DNA from: Octopus sinensis
Taxonomy: Eukaryota
NCBI RefSeq assembly: GCF_006345805.1
Contig: NC_043006.1
Location: forward strand, 40,176,001 to 40,240,000
Direction of reading: 5' to 3'
DNA: 64,000 nucleotides
Under the pieces are notes generated by a model. That model did not search any database. It saw only the letters and a list, made by a program, of their open reading frames with translations, and was not told the origin of the DNA. How positions within the stretch are numbered: position 1 is the stretch's first letter; each line of letters opens with the position of its first letter. Of the stretch, positions 50,201-63,739 are shown in pieces. The position numbers and the translations under genes are program-made.

Positions 50201-52999
50201 TGTGGCATTGGTTGACCTTTGACCTGGGGCGACAGTTAAAGAAGCTTACCTAAAGTGCCATGCAGCAGGACTTGAACCTGATAGCATGTGGTTACATGGT
50301 GAGCTTCTCAACCAGACTAACATGTGTGCCCAACTCCACCACATGTTACCTGCACTTCAGGGTCTGTCGCTGCTTTTACTGCCTTTATTATATCTTAGCA
50401 ACCTTTTTATGATTATCATTTTAATATCTACTTTTCTACATCGGACAAAGTTTATTGAGGCAGATTTTCTATGCACAGATGTCCTTCCTGTTTATTTCTT
50501 TATTGCCCACAAGGGGCTAAACATAGAAGGGACAAACAAGGACAGACAAAGGGATTAAGTTGATTACATCAACCCCAGTTCGTAACTGATACTTAATTTA
50601 GCGGCCCCGAAAGGATGAAAGGCAAAGTTGACCTTGGCGGAATTTGAACTCGGAACGTAACTGTGGACGAAATACTGCTAAGCATTTTGCCTGGTGTGCT
50701 AACGTTTCTGCCATCTCGCTGCCTTGGCAACAGGAAGATGCCCTTACTGTTGCCAACCCTCACCTTGTTTCCAAGCGAAACAATATTTCCTCATGGCCGG
50801 ACAATACTGGAAATGAATAACATTGCTTGTATGACAATGACTCCCATTTATAACTCTAACACAAGACAAGGAGACACAAACACTCAAGCACTCAAGCACA
50901 CATCCATATATAAATACAGGCGTGGTTGTGTGGTAAGAGGTCAACTTTGCCTTTCATCCTTTCGGGGTCGATAAGGCAGCGAGCTGGCAGAAACATTAGC
51001 ATGCCGGGTGAAATGCTTAGCGGTATTTTGTCCGCTGCTACGTTCTGAGTTCAAATTCCGCCGAGGTCGACTTTGCCTTTCATCCTTTTGGGGTCGATTA
51101 AATAAGTACCAGTTACACTCTGGGGTCGATATAATCGACTTAATACCTATGTCTGTCCTTGTTTGTCCGCTCTGTGTTTAGCCCCTTGTGGGTAATAAAG
51201 AAATAGGTATTTTGTCCGCCGCTACGTTCTGAGTTCAAATTCCGCCGAGGTCGACTTTGCCTTTCATCCTTTTGGGGTCGATTAAATAAGTACCAGTTAC
51301 ACTCTGGGGTCGATATAATCGACTTAATCCGTTTGTTTGTACTTGTTTGTCCCCTCTGTGTGTAGCCCCTTGTGGGCAGTAAAGAAATTAGAATAAGTAC
51401 CAGGCTTGGCAAAAACGTAAGTGCTGGGGTCGTTGACTCATTCAACTAAAACTTCTTCAAGGCGGTGCCGCAGCATGGCTGCAGTCTAATGCCTGAAACA
51501 AGTAAGAAATAAAAGCTAAGAGATGGCTGAGATGCTGTGAAGCATTGTATCCTGTGTGCCAATGATTCTGCCATGATCCATATTGGCATGAACACTCCTG
51601 TGGTCATACAAATACCACATGCCTCTGATCCTCCCATCAAATAACATTGGTAAACCTCTTAACTTTCAGCTTTCTTCCTTTGCTTAGTATACCCGACATC
51701 TGCCTCCTCTTCTAGCTACTCGGTATTATACCTTGCTCCCTCTTTTCATACTTTCTTTCATGCTGTTTGTTTCACTTCCATTCCCGTTATCACTTTCTGC
51801 TGTGCCGTACCATTCCATCACCGTGTCACCTTCTACAATAGTTAATTCTTATTTCTTTACTGCCCACAAGGGGCTACACACAGAGGGGACAAACAAGGAC
51901 AGACAAACGGATTAAGTCGATTATATCGACACCAGTGCGTAACTGGTACTTATTTAATCAACCCCGAAAGGATGAAAGGCAAAGTCAACCTTGGCGGAAT
52001 TTGAACTCAGAACGTAGTGGCAGATGAAATATCACTAAGCATTTCGCCCGGTGTGCTAACAATTTTGCCAGCTCGCCGCCTTCTACATTACTTAATTCTT
52101 GCTCCATCAACAAGTCTGGTCTGTAACTTGCTGTAGGTTGTCTCATAGATACTCCTACTTGTCATTTATGTTATTGACCTGAGTTCAAATCCCACTGAGC
52201 TCGACTTGACCTTTCATCCTTTCAGGGTTGATAAGACAAGTACCAGTCGAGAACTGGGGTCACTAATCGACTAGTCCCTTTCCTGCTAAATTTCAGGCCT
52301 TGTGTCTATAATCAAAAGGCTTCATGGCGGTGAGCTGGCAGAAACGTTAGCACGCTGGGTGAAATGCTTAGCGGTATGTCATCTGCTGTTACATTCTGAG
52401 TTCAAATTCCGCCAAGGTCGACTTTGCCTTTCATCTTTTCAGGATTGATAAATTAAGTACCAGTTACGCACTGGGGTCTATGTAATCGACTTAATCCTTT
52501 GTCTGTCCTTGTTTGTCCCCTTGTGGGCAATGAAGAAATAAGAAAGGGTTCATGGCTTATATAGCAAATCCAGATGTGGCTCCACGGTTGAGAAACTTGC
52601 TTCTCAATCATGTGGTCTTAGGGCTTGAGTTCAGTCCCACTGTGTGGCACCTTTGGCAAGTGTTTTTCACTATAGCTCTGGGCTGACCAAAACCTTGTAA
52701 GTGAATGTGGTTGATGGAAACTGAAAGAATCCTGTTATATATACATACATGCACACGTGTGTTTGTGTGTGCCTTTGTCTTGTCATCAAGTGATGGCTGT
52801 AAGCAAGCATCACCATCGAACGAGTGATGTTTTTGTTTCCAACCTTCTGTGGAAAACGTGTCTGATTGTGGAGAAGTATTACTCTGTGTGGAAGCAGGTG
52901 AGGGTCGGCGACAGGTAGGGCATGCAGCCATTGGAATTCTGTCTTATCCATACTAGCATTGATAAAAGTATGTTGAAATGATGATGATGATGATGATAT

Positions 53000-53270
53000 C
53001 CAAAGGATCCTTCAGTTTTCATATCTTCTTTCTGTAGATTACCCTCATGTGTCTGAGTCTGTCTTGGTCTTATCTTGATGTCTCTAATATGTTGAGCAGT
53101 ACATTCTTCACTGGGTAAGAATTTAGTGAGTACGACATCTGTCTGACCTGCTTCTTCATCTGTGTGGCAGTGGAATGTACAGCTGGTTGGCTTGCTGAAG
53201 TTATTGTTGCCAATGGTTAGGTCATATGCATCACAGAACTTTCCAGAGCCTTGATCCACTTGAATCTGTG
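53000..53270 (-). mobile_element. RTE LINE APE-endonuclease fragment
   Basis: FCDAYDLTIGNNNFSKP...GQTDVVLTK.LPSEECTAQH resembles the RTE endonuclease motifs (N T.F.K, IDY, S/QH). Confidence 0.7.
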
Positions 53271-53535
53271 TATCATATCTATAACCTCCATGTTTATTGC
53301 ATTTGGTGAGCTGGCAGAATCGTTAGCACGCTGGATGAAATGCTTAGCAGTATTTCGCCTCTTGCTGTGTTCCGAGTTCAAATTCCAAAAAGGTCGACTT
53401 CGCCTTTTCATCCTTTCGGGGTTGATAAATTAAGTACCAGTGAAACACTGGGGTTGATGTAATTAACTAGTTCCCACCCAACAAATTTGAGGCCTTGTGC
53501 CTGCAGTAGAAAAGATTATTATTATTATTATCATT

Positions 53536-54043
53536 GTCTTTGCACAGCTTCTAACGCTGGCAATGTACTACAGTGTCAGCTGTTCACTACCAGTGAACTA
53601 AAGTAACACCCCTTATTTTTTGAGCACCATCCGGAGTATTCGAGCGGTTTTCTGCAGAGCTGTTTTCTGCAAGTGTTCCACCCTTATTGCAGCCCCTATT
53701 TGTTCCACATACTTCTCGAGATTTTTGCTCAGTTCCCAGGGCTCTGACAATTATTGGTACTACTGCTACCTTTTTCATCAACCACAACTACTTTACTTCC
53801 CAAGCTAACCTGTCATATCTCTCGACTTTTCTTTCTTCCTTATTGCATACCTTGTTGTCAGCTGGGCATGCTATATCTATGATCCAGCATAGTTTGTTTT
53901 CTTTCTCAATTAAGACTGTCCGGCTTCCTATTCTCTATCTCATGTTCGCACTGAATCATAAAATACCATAGGATCTTTGCATTTCTATTTTTGATGATGC
54001 CTTTGGGTTTGTGGTCATACCAATTTTTTGTTCTGTCAAGCCC
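53536..54043 (-). mobile_element. R4/Dong-clade non-LTR element, 5'-truncated, restriction-like endonuclease end, inserted in (TAA)n
   Basis: WYDHKP...KILWYF.IQCEHEIENRKPD / LIEKENKLCWIIDIACPADNKV..KEERKVERY..L...LW.MKKVAVVPIIVRALGT; (ATT)n on both flanks. Confidence 0.85.
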
Positions 54044-57000
54044 ATTATTATTATTATTATTATTATTAAGGCTGCAAGCTGGCTGAATTGTTAGCATGCT
54101 GGATAAAATGCTTAGTGGTATTTCATCCATTGCTACAGAACGTAGCAATGGATGAAATACCACTAAGCATTTAAATTCCGCCAAGGTTCAAATTCCGCCA
54201 AGGTCGACTTTGCCATTCATCCTTTCAGGGTTGATAAATTGAAGACCAGTTGAGTACTGGAGTCGATGTAATCGACTGTCCCGCTCCCCCAACTTTCAGG
54301 CCTTGTGCCTAGAGTAAAAAGGATTATTTATCATGGTGTTATCCAACATGTTCAGAGGGTAAATATTGTCCTTATTTAATACACTGTCATTTGAAAGTAT
54401 TTGAAGCTTTCACTTTTGGTTCTGAAAGGAAGTATTTTTCTCTTTTATCTATTACTTCTTTCACTTATTGAACTGTGGCCATGCTGGAGCACTGCTTTGA
54501 AGGGTATAGTCAAACAAGTCAACCCCAGTGTTTTGAAGTTGGCATTCTATGAGAGCGGCAGACACAAAGCCTTCCCACCTCTATCTCTCACATGTTTCAG
54601 TCATTAGACTGCAGCCATGCTGGGGCACTATCTTGAAGAATTTTAGTTGAGCAGATCTACCTGAGTACTTTTGTCTTATTCAGTTGGCCTCTCTTGCTAA
54701 ACAGCTAAGTTATTGGGATGTAAACACACCGACACCAGTTGTCAAGCAGTGGGGTGGGATGGGGGGACAAACATTGACACAAGGACTCACAAACCTAAAT
54801 ATATATGTGCATATATATATATATAATATATATATATATATATACATACATACATACAGGAGTATGTCCTCATAAATGAAACTTCCCCAATACTAAATAG
54901 GATATGTACATAGTATATATCATACTCCCATACCTACAGTTTACACAGGTAGAGTAGAATAGTTTGTGGGCTGTTATATAGATAGATGTATGTGTGTGTG
55001 TGGGTGTATGTATATATATGTATATGCACATGTATATAAGCATATGGATATGAAAGTAAACAGATGAACATACAGACAGATAGGTTCATAGGTTATATGA
55101 ACAGACAAGCACAGATACGCACTCATATACACATGAAGACTGAAACACATGACTGTATATACACACACACTTTACTTCACACAAGGACACATATGGAGAC
55201 ACACGTCTACACATGTGGAGATGCACATCCACACATACAAACACTGTACATAGTTGCAAAACACACACACTCAGACGTGCACACACAAGGAGACAGGTAC
55301 AGACACTCATACATAAAAGCACACAAACACAGATACACAAACACATGAATATGCAGAATACATACCTACAAATATACGCACATACATACACATATACATA
55401 TGCACACATGCATACATACATGCATGTGTAGGCACATACACACACTAACCCACATATGGCACACAAACAAATAAAAAGGAACACAGTTTTGACCGAGTCA
55501 AAACTATTGAAATGGTTGCAAGATGCAATGAAAATTTTAGAAAAATAAGGAAGGAAATAAGTGGAAATTTTACTGGTGAGTGTGTTAAATTATAAGGTTA
55601 AAATTTAATCACATGTGATCTATAAATATTAAAAGTATAACAGTGAGAAGTATTATTTCTATTCCCTGATTGCTTGTTGATGGGCACGAGTATGTAAATC
55701 CATATAATAAAAGGGTGCACACCCTCAGTATGGTCATGTAAAGAGAAATGATAGCTAGTGCTGTCTGGGTAGCAGAGCATTGTGGAAGGTCACTGGGGTA
55801 CATTTTTGTGGTCCAAACAAAAGCTTTGACTGATTGCTGACCCGTGATATCTCAGGTTGATCCAGGATCAACATAAGGTGGTTCATGGTTGAGCTTACCT
55901 GAATCAGTGATAAATGAGGATTAGATAGTTATATTCAATTTAAAGAGGCCTCACTGAGCAGTCATTGGTAGAGCGCCTAGAAATAACTTGTAGTATTTAG
56001 TTATGCCCCTTTGTATTTTGAGTTCAAATTTTGCTGCAGTTAACTTGACCTCTCATTTGGCCAAACACTAATTAAATAATTACCAGTAATAATAGGCACA
56101 GGCATGGCTGTGTGGTTAAGAGACTTGCTTTGCAATCACGTGGCTTCAGGTTTAGTTCCACTGCTTGACACCTTGGGCAAGTATCTTCTACCCGGGCCTC
56201 AGGCCAACCAAGGCTTTTGAGTGGACTTGGGAGATGAAAATTTTGTTGAAGTTTGTTGGTTTTCGCTATGTGTGTATGTGTGCGTGTTTTTTTTTGTGTG
56301 CACCACATGACAACTGATGTTGGTTTGTTTACATCCCCCTAATTTAGAGGTTGACAAAAAAAAGATCAATAGGACAATCACCATACTTAAAATAAGTGCT
56401 GTGCTTGATTTGTTTGATCCATGCAGGGGTACCACCTGGAAGGGTGGTGGTACACTCTCCACCTGTGTGGCTGCAGTCGAATTACTGATAAAATTAAAAG
56501 GTTCTATACAGAGTCCCACTACATAGCACCTTGGGCAAATATCTTCTACTGTAGCCTTGAGAGTGGATTTAGTCTGCAGAAACTGAAAGAAGTCAGCAAG
56601 CTGGCAAAATTGTTAGCACACCGGGCAAAATGCTTGGTGGTATTTCGTCTGCCGCTGTGTTCTGAGTTCAAATTCAGCCAAGGTTGACTTAGCCTTTCAT
56701 CCTTTTGGGGTCGATTAAATAAGTACCAGTTATGCACTGGGGTCGATGTAATCAACTTAATCCCTTTGTTTGTCCTTGTTTGTCCCCTCTATGTTTAGCC
56801 CCTTGTGGGCAATAAAGAAATAAGAAACTGAAAGAAGTCTGTCATGTATATTTATATATGTGTGTGTGTGATTGTCAACTATCGCCGCCACCACCACCAC
56901 TGCTTGACAACCAGTGTTGGTGTGTTTATGTTCTTGTAACTTACTGGTTAGGCAAAAGAGACTGCAGAATGAGTACTGAGGTCAATTAGTTCCAACTAAG

Positions 57001-57384
57001 ATTCTTCAAGGTGGTGCCCCAACATGGCCATAGTCTAACAACTGAAACAAGTAAGAGTTAAAAGATAATCATTAAAAATTTGCATAAGAAATCATTAACC
57101 CTTTAGCATCCAGTTTATTCTGTCAGAGGTATTCAAATTCTGCTGGGGTCGACTTTTCCTTTTGTCCTTTCGGGGTCAATAGAATGGCTGTGTGGTAAGT
57201 AGCTTGCTTACCAACCATTTGGTTCCGGGTTGAGTCTCACTGTGTTGCACCTTGGGCAAGTGTCTTCTACTTTACCCTTGGGCCGGCCAAAGCCTTGTGA
57301 GTGGATTTGGTAGACAGAAACTGAAAGAAGCCCATCGTATATATGTCTATATATATATATATATATTATATATATATATTATAT

Positions 57385-57419
<35 letters not shown>

Positions 57420-59551
57420 ATGTTTGTCCCCCCAACATCACTTGACAACCGATGCTGGTGTGTTTACATCCCCATAACTTAGCGGTTCAGCAAAAGAGAC
57501 CGATAGAACAAGTACCAGGCTTACAAAGAATAAGTCCTGGGGTTAATTTGCTCGACTAAAAGTGGTGCTTCAGCATGGCCGCAGTCAAATGACTGAAACA
57601 AGTAAAAGAGTACCAGTGAAATACTGGGTGGGGGAGGGTTTCGATGTAATTGACTAGTTCCCTCCCCACAAATTTCAGGCCCCTTGTACCTTTAGTAGAA
57701 AGCATTATTCTGTCAAATGTAATCCTTATTTATTCGCATTGTTTTGAATTAATTGTTGTATCATCTTGCAGCTTCGAAATTTCAATGAAGTGATTGTATA
57801 TTTTTAGAATGACATTGTAGGGTAGGTGGGAAAGGCCAGAACTGGTTTGTGCAAACATGAAACATATAGAATAAAATATTTTGGCTGGATGTGGCTGGTT
57901 TAAATGCTAAGGGATTAAGTTTAAGGAGAAGTGTAGAATGCATGGCTTCTACTGGTTTTGTTGCAGTTTAGCCTTGAGGTAGCATGAGAAAGTGGATGTG
58001 AAATGTTCTCCAAGTGGTATGGTCAAAAGAAGAAGATATCTTATTTCTTTATTGCCCACATGGGGCTACACACAGAAGGGACAAACAAACAGAATAAGTC
58101 GATTATATCGACTCCAGTGCGTAACTGGTACTTATTTAATTGACCCCGAAAGGATGAAAGACAAATTCGACCTCGTCGGAATTTAAACTCAGAACATAGC
58201 AGAAGATGAAATACCTATTTCTTTACTACCCACAAGGGGCTAAACACAGAGCGGACAAACAAGGACAGACACACGGATTAAGTCGATTACATCGACCCCA
58301 GTGTGTAACTGGTACTTATTTAATCGACCCTGAAAGGATGAAAGGCAAAGTCAGCCTTGACGGAATTTGAACTCAGAATGTAACAGCAGACGAAATACCG
58401 CTAAGCATTTCGCCCGACGCGCTAACGATTCTGCCAGCTCACCGTCTTAAGAAAGAGGAAGATATCATTACATCAAGTTGGCATCAGCTGCAGTCACCCT
58501 TACACCACAGTGTGCCACTCATCTCTGTTAGCCTTATCTGTTATATGTGGAGTCATGTGGCTTAGTGGTTAGGGTGTTGGACTCATAATCACAAGATTGT
58601 GGTTTCGATTCCTGGACTGGGCGACACATGTTTTCAAACAAAACACTTTCCTGTTGCTCCAGTCCACGCAGCTGGCAAAAATGAGTAATCCTGTGACTGA
58701 ACAGCATCCCATCCGGTGGGGAACTTATATATGCCACTGAAACTGGGAAACCAGCCCTTATGTGTTGGCACAACTCATAAGGTAACTTCATCTGTTGTAT
58801 CCATGTTCATGTTCTAATTGTGTCCTGCATGTATGACACCAGGTGCCTGCGGCTGGTCATTACATATCAAATATACATAACATACATGCACAAACAAGTA
58901 TGGCTATGTGGTAGGAAGTTTGCTTTTCAACCACAGGATTCCAGGTTCAATCCTACTGTGTGGCATCTTGGGCAAATGTCTTCTTCTATAGCCCTGGGTT
59001 GACCATATATTTGTGTGTGTATTTGGTTGGTGGAAATTGAAAGTGGCTTGTTCAGTCTATTTATCCATCTGTCTATTTATCTGTCTGTCTGAGTGTATGT
59101 GTGTGTGTGAGCACATGCTTGTATTTGTCCACAATCACCACTTGACAAATGGTGTTGGTTTGTTTACATCCCCTTACCTGTTTGTGAAAAGAGGCCAACA
59201 GAATAAATACCAGGCTTAGAAAAAAGTACCAGTGTTGATTCATTCAACTAAAATTCTCCAAGGTGGTGCCCCAGCATGGCCACAATCTAATGACTGAAAC
59301 AAGTAAAAAATAAAAAATAAATATGGATGTAGGCGTGGCTGTGTGGTAAGAAGCTTGCTTCCCAGCTACATAGTTCCAGGTTCAGTCCCACTGTGTGGCA
59401 CCTTGGACAAGTGGATTTGGTAAACAGAAACTGAAAGAAGCCTGTCATGTACATATTGTCCATAAACAGCACTAAATATATGTACACTTGCAGTCAGCTA
59501 CTTGCCTAGATGAGAATTCATTGCCTCCGATACAGGAAATATTGAATAAAA

Positions 59552-60282
59552 CTTCCCCAAATAGTCTTAAGACCCTACATTCCTCTTTGACTAAGATATT
59601 AAAAAAAAAAAAAATTTTAGGGCAGATCGGGGAAGCCCTATTATGCAGTCACTGAACCTAATAGAAATAGCAGCCAAATTTCTCTTAAGTCATACCCTAC
59701 CATCTTAAAATAAGAAGGTGGTGGTTTGAACAATTTGTTTTTTCATAAGGATGCTGGTTGATGTGATTTGAAGAGATTTGACTGCCACTCTGGTACATCA
59801 TGTGTTTTATAGCACAGTACGTCCATAAGAGATGTTATTTTAGGACAAATCCCACAGTAACTGGCCTAGCAAATGTGTATAGACATTAAGTAAGATACAT
59901 AGATGACTGGTCTGCCTTGGTCCATTAGACCAGTCAAAGATATTTTATATATTGATCCTCCTTGTATTGTATTTTCAGACATAACATAAATTGTTTATTG
60001 TTGTTGCTTAGTCTCTTCTGCTCTGATCCAGTAAACTGACCAAATGTGACCATCCCATATTATATTTTTGGACATAGTGTGTATAGAATTACAGTATTTA
60101 ATTCTCAACCACCACCACCTGATTTTAAGATGGAAGGGTATGACTTAAGAGAAATTTGACTGCTATTTCTAGCAGGTTCAGTGACTGCATAGTGAGGCTT
60201 CCCAGATCTGCCCTGAAATTTTATTATTTTTTTAATATCTTAGTCAAAGAGGAATGTAGGGTCTTAAGACTATTTGGGGAAG
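59552..60282. repeat. Local inverted duplication with arms of about 175 bp
   Basis: 59552-59726 and 60107-60282; the outer approximately 55 nt are identical in reverse complement. Confidence 0.8.
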
Positions 60283-61099
60283 GGAGGAAATTATTTTCAG
60301 ATTAGAGATGTGGCTTGAACAATTTTTCTTTTTTACATAAGGATACTGGCTGTGTGATTTGAAGTGATTTGACTGCCATTTCTAGCAAGTTAAATGACCA
60401 TGCAGAGGCTTCCTCATTGGTCCATGTCTGTTGAGTTGTGTATGCATTAGTGTGTGTGTGTGTATGTGAATCTGTGTAAGAGTGATTCTGTTTCCAAATG
60501 TGTGTAACAGTGGAATTGTACATGAATGTGCTAGTGAGCTCATTGGCATTGTTGTTATCATCCTTCAACGTCCACTTTTCTATGCTGGCATGGATCAGAC
60601 GAAATTTGTTGAGGCATATTTTCTATGCTTGGATGCCATTCCTGTTGCCTACCCTCTCCTATCTCCGAGCAAAGTAATATTTCCCTGCTCACAAGACTTT
60701 GGTTGGCCAAGGTGCTGTGCTGTGGGACTGAACTGGGAACCACACCTGTGCCTCTGTTTCTGCCTCTGTGTGTGTATGTGTGTGCATGAAAAGCTTTGCT
60801 GTTTTGTTGTGCATCTTTTTTCAAGTGTGTGGTGCCCATGTGCGTATTTCTGGGTGCTAGACTTAACCCATAGTTTGGTTTTACACTCACCTCCTGGACT
60901 GTGGGTTCTTTTTGCGGATTCTACTCTACCGCAAGCATTAAGGCCATGTTTCTGGTTTCAGAATAACTTTTTCTTTTCTTTTCCTTCTACCCATCCTGAG
61001 GCTCCAAGAAAGGCTATTGATTAAGAGATTACACTGAGAGTTTCCATGTATCCATTTTTGGAGGCAAAATGACTGAGTTCCTTCCAAGCTTTGGGCCTC

Positions 61100-61300
61100 A
61101 TGGAGACAAAGTGGCTGAGTTCCACAGGGTCATATCAGAAGCTACCAACATTTGACTCACTGAATGGCTTGCCAAGCATAATGATCTGAAACTATGTATA
61201 GTATCCAACCATCTCTTGGTAGTTGGCTCTTGTTGAAGGAGAATCTGTCTTACAATCCTTACCTGTGATATTCTAATTGTGAGAGTTTGTGATCTCCTCA
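61100..61300 (-). mobile_element. Decayed RTE-like 3' fragment
   Basis: EPTTKRWLDTI...ASDMTLWN resembles GRPRTRWLD.I...DR..WR. Confidence 0.4.
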
Positions 61301-61328
61301 TTCTTTTCAGGTTTTCTTTTGCTATAAG

Positions 61329-61549
61329 TTATTTACATTTGACGGATGTTTGTCCTCATCTTGTTTGTTGTTAACACGTTTCAGCTGATATACCCTCTTG
61401 GGGAAATTTCAAACCTGGGTTCTCATTCTTAAGGTATTTTTCGATGTTATTGTTATTATTAATATTATTATTCATGTCACTGCCTGGAATCGAACTTGGA
61501 ATCTTGGGGTTAGTAGCCCGTGCTCTTAACCACTAGGCCATATGCCCCC
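61329..61549 (-). mobile_element. Single copy of the tRNA-head/(TAA)n/hammerhead-tail element with a complete head; hammerhead core deleted
   Basis: ggggcatatggcctagtggttaagagcacgggctactaacccc...gttcgattcc, then (TAA)n, then the family A tail lacking cacctgatgaaggctgga. Confidence 0.78.
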
Positions 61550-62509
61550 TACTGTATTTCTTTTGCTATGTTGACCTTTAAGTATTTTAACTCTCATCTG
61601 TTCTTTCAGATTTCAAACATTTTCTGTAGTTCTTTGATATCAAAGCCATCTAAGATTTCTGAAGGATCTCATATTCTGGGACTACTATAAAGAGAAACTG
61701 GTCAGAGACCCAGTAAATACCCCATCCACACAGTAGATTTGTTCATGATTTTTCATATCAGTTTTTCTGCCTGTGATTTTCTCAGTGCCCAACTACACAA
61801 CTGAGGGTGGTGGCAGTTTCTTTATGTCAGAAGATGCAGTAAGCTTTTCTTCCTGCCTGCGCCGAGTAGTTTAAAAGTGAAGGTCAGTCCGTATAATCTG
61901 ATTCCTCTCATTAGATTTGGAAGTTTGACCACAGTGACTTAGTGAGCCTAAATGGTTGTGGTGACCAGCAAGCTCTAGGTTTTACATGTGTCGTTTCCAA
62001 GGTGAATGATTTTACAAGGCTGGAGAGTTCTACTTCCCTGGAGTTGTCAGAAGACTGTTAAAGAAGGCACTGGACTACCCGAAAGCCTCCATTTCTTGAT
62101 TTGCTGTCGAAAATGACTCCACTAGCCTTTTCTTTTCCCACGACACTCGCAAGGCAGTGAGGGTTTGTGCTCGGAGTTTCTTCTAAAAACATGCAAATTA
62201 ACCCATAACTAGGGCCCTGACAGGTGCTGTTTCTCTAGGTCAGAGCGGACCTGAGTGCAACAGTGGCAACCTGGGCGTTCCACATTTCTCAAAACCCTGG
62301 AACTCCCAAACCAAGATGCAGTTTAAGGTCAAACCCAGGACCTATTCTCATACCTACCATAGAGTATATAACCTAATTAAAGACTTTCTCCTGGTTGATA
62401 ATTGCTCTGTGGAATTGTCAATAAATTAGTTTGAATTTCAAAGTTTGAGTCATAAAGATTGATGAGATTGTTAATTCAATTATTACATTTTATATGTATC
62501 ATTTTTTAT

Positions 62510-62919
62510 GGCGCAGGAGTGGCAGTGTGGTAAGTAGCTTGCTAACCAACCACATGGTTCCGGGTTCAGTCCCACTGCGTGGCATCTTGGGCAAGTGTCT
62601 TCTGCTATAGCCCCGGGCCGACCAATGCCTTGTGAGTGGATTTGGTAGACGGAAACTGAAAGAAGCCTGTCGTATATGTATATATGTGCGTGTGTGTGTT
62701 TGTGTGTCTGTGTTTGTCCCCCTAGCATTGCTTGACAACCGATGCTGGTGTGTGTTTACGTCCCCGTCACTTAGTGGTTCGGCAAAAAGAGACCGATAGA
62801 ATAAGTACTGGGCTTACAAAAGAATAAGTTCCGGGGTCGATTTGCTCGACTAAAGGCGGTGCTCCAGCATGGCCGCAGTCAAATGACTGAAACAAGTAAA
62901 AGAGTAAAAGAGTAAAGAG
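62510..62919 (+). mobile_element. SINE family A, young (CpG-intact inside the CpG-poor domain)
   Basis: Near-consensus full-length copy. Confidence 0.9.
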
Positions 62920-63098
62920 TAATAAACAATAGGGGTGCATGTTAGATGCACCTTAATTTCAGCAGGGCATATTTAGGAAGAAAAAAAGATTCTAATGCAT
63001 TAACTGTTTAGCATTCAGATGACTCTGACAAATATAACGCTTCATTTATTCATAATGATTTGAATTAACCATCTCATAGTTTTGTGATTTCGATTATG

Positions 63099-63296
63099 TA
63101 CTCTTTTACTCTTTTACTTGTTTCAGTCATGTGACTGTGGCTATGATGCAGCACCGCCTTTAGTCGAGCAAACCGGCCCCAAGAACTTATTCTTTGTAAG
63201 CCTAGTACTTAGTCTATCGGTCTCTTTTGCTGAACTGCTAAGTTACGGGGACGTAAACACACCAGCATCGGTTGTCAAGCGATATTGGGTGGACGA

Positions 63297-63329
<33 letters not shown>

Positions 63330-63503
63330 CATATATATACGACGGGCTTCTTTCAGTTTCCGTCTACCAAATCCACTCACAAGTCCTTGGTTGGCCTGAG
63401 GCTATAGTAGAAGACACTTGCCCAAGGTACCACGCAGTGGGACTGAACCCGGAACCATGTGGTTCATAAGCAAGCTACTTACCACACAGCCACTCCTATG
63501 CCT
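63099..63503 (-). mobile_element. SINE family A
   Basis: Full-length reverse copy, inverted relative to 62510-62919. Confidence 0.87.
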
Positions 63504-63739
63504 ATGTCATTACTTATTTTCATAATGATAAATCAGGGTAGGTATGAGAGACTGGATCTGGCCAGCTTGGACATAAAACAGGTAGAATATCTGGGCTGGA
63601 TATGGCAGGTTTAAATGCTAAAAGTTGAAGCACAAAACAAGGCTTATGGGGGCACCCAACATTGCATATAAGACTCAGGGTGATTTTTTTTTGGACATTT
63701 CTTTGTGGGGGAAAAAGTGTGTCTTAATGCCTTCAAATA

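Larger units (their letters stand above)
50500..58450. mobile_element. Cluster of SINE family B copies on both strands, including local tandem duplications (about 51040-51385 and 58040-58445)
   Basis: About ten copies of the catcctttcggggtcgat core, interleaved with family A copies. Confidence 0.8.

Noticed and set aside
53038-53114. Plus-strand exon with good acceptor and GG|GTAAGA donor as the next Myb/SANT exon
   Set aside because: It stops after 13 codons in the required phase 1 and lies on the antisense of an RTE endonuclease fragment.
55487-55575. Open segment FDRVKTIEMVARCNENFRKIRKEISGNFT ending in G|GTGAGT
   Set aside because: The acceptor lacks a pyrimidine tract, the phase does not match donor 47275, and no family was recognised.
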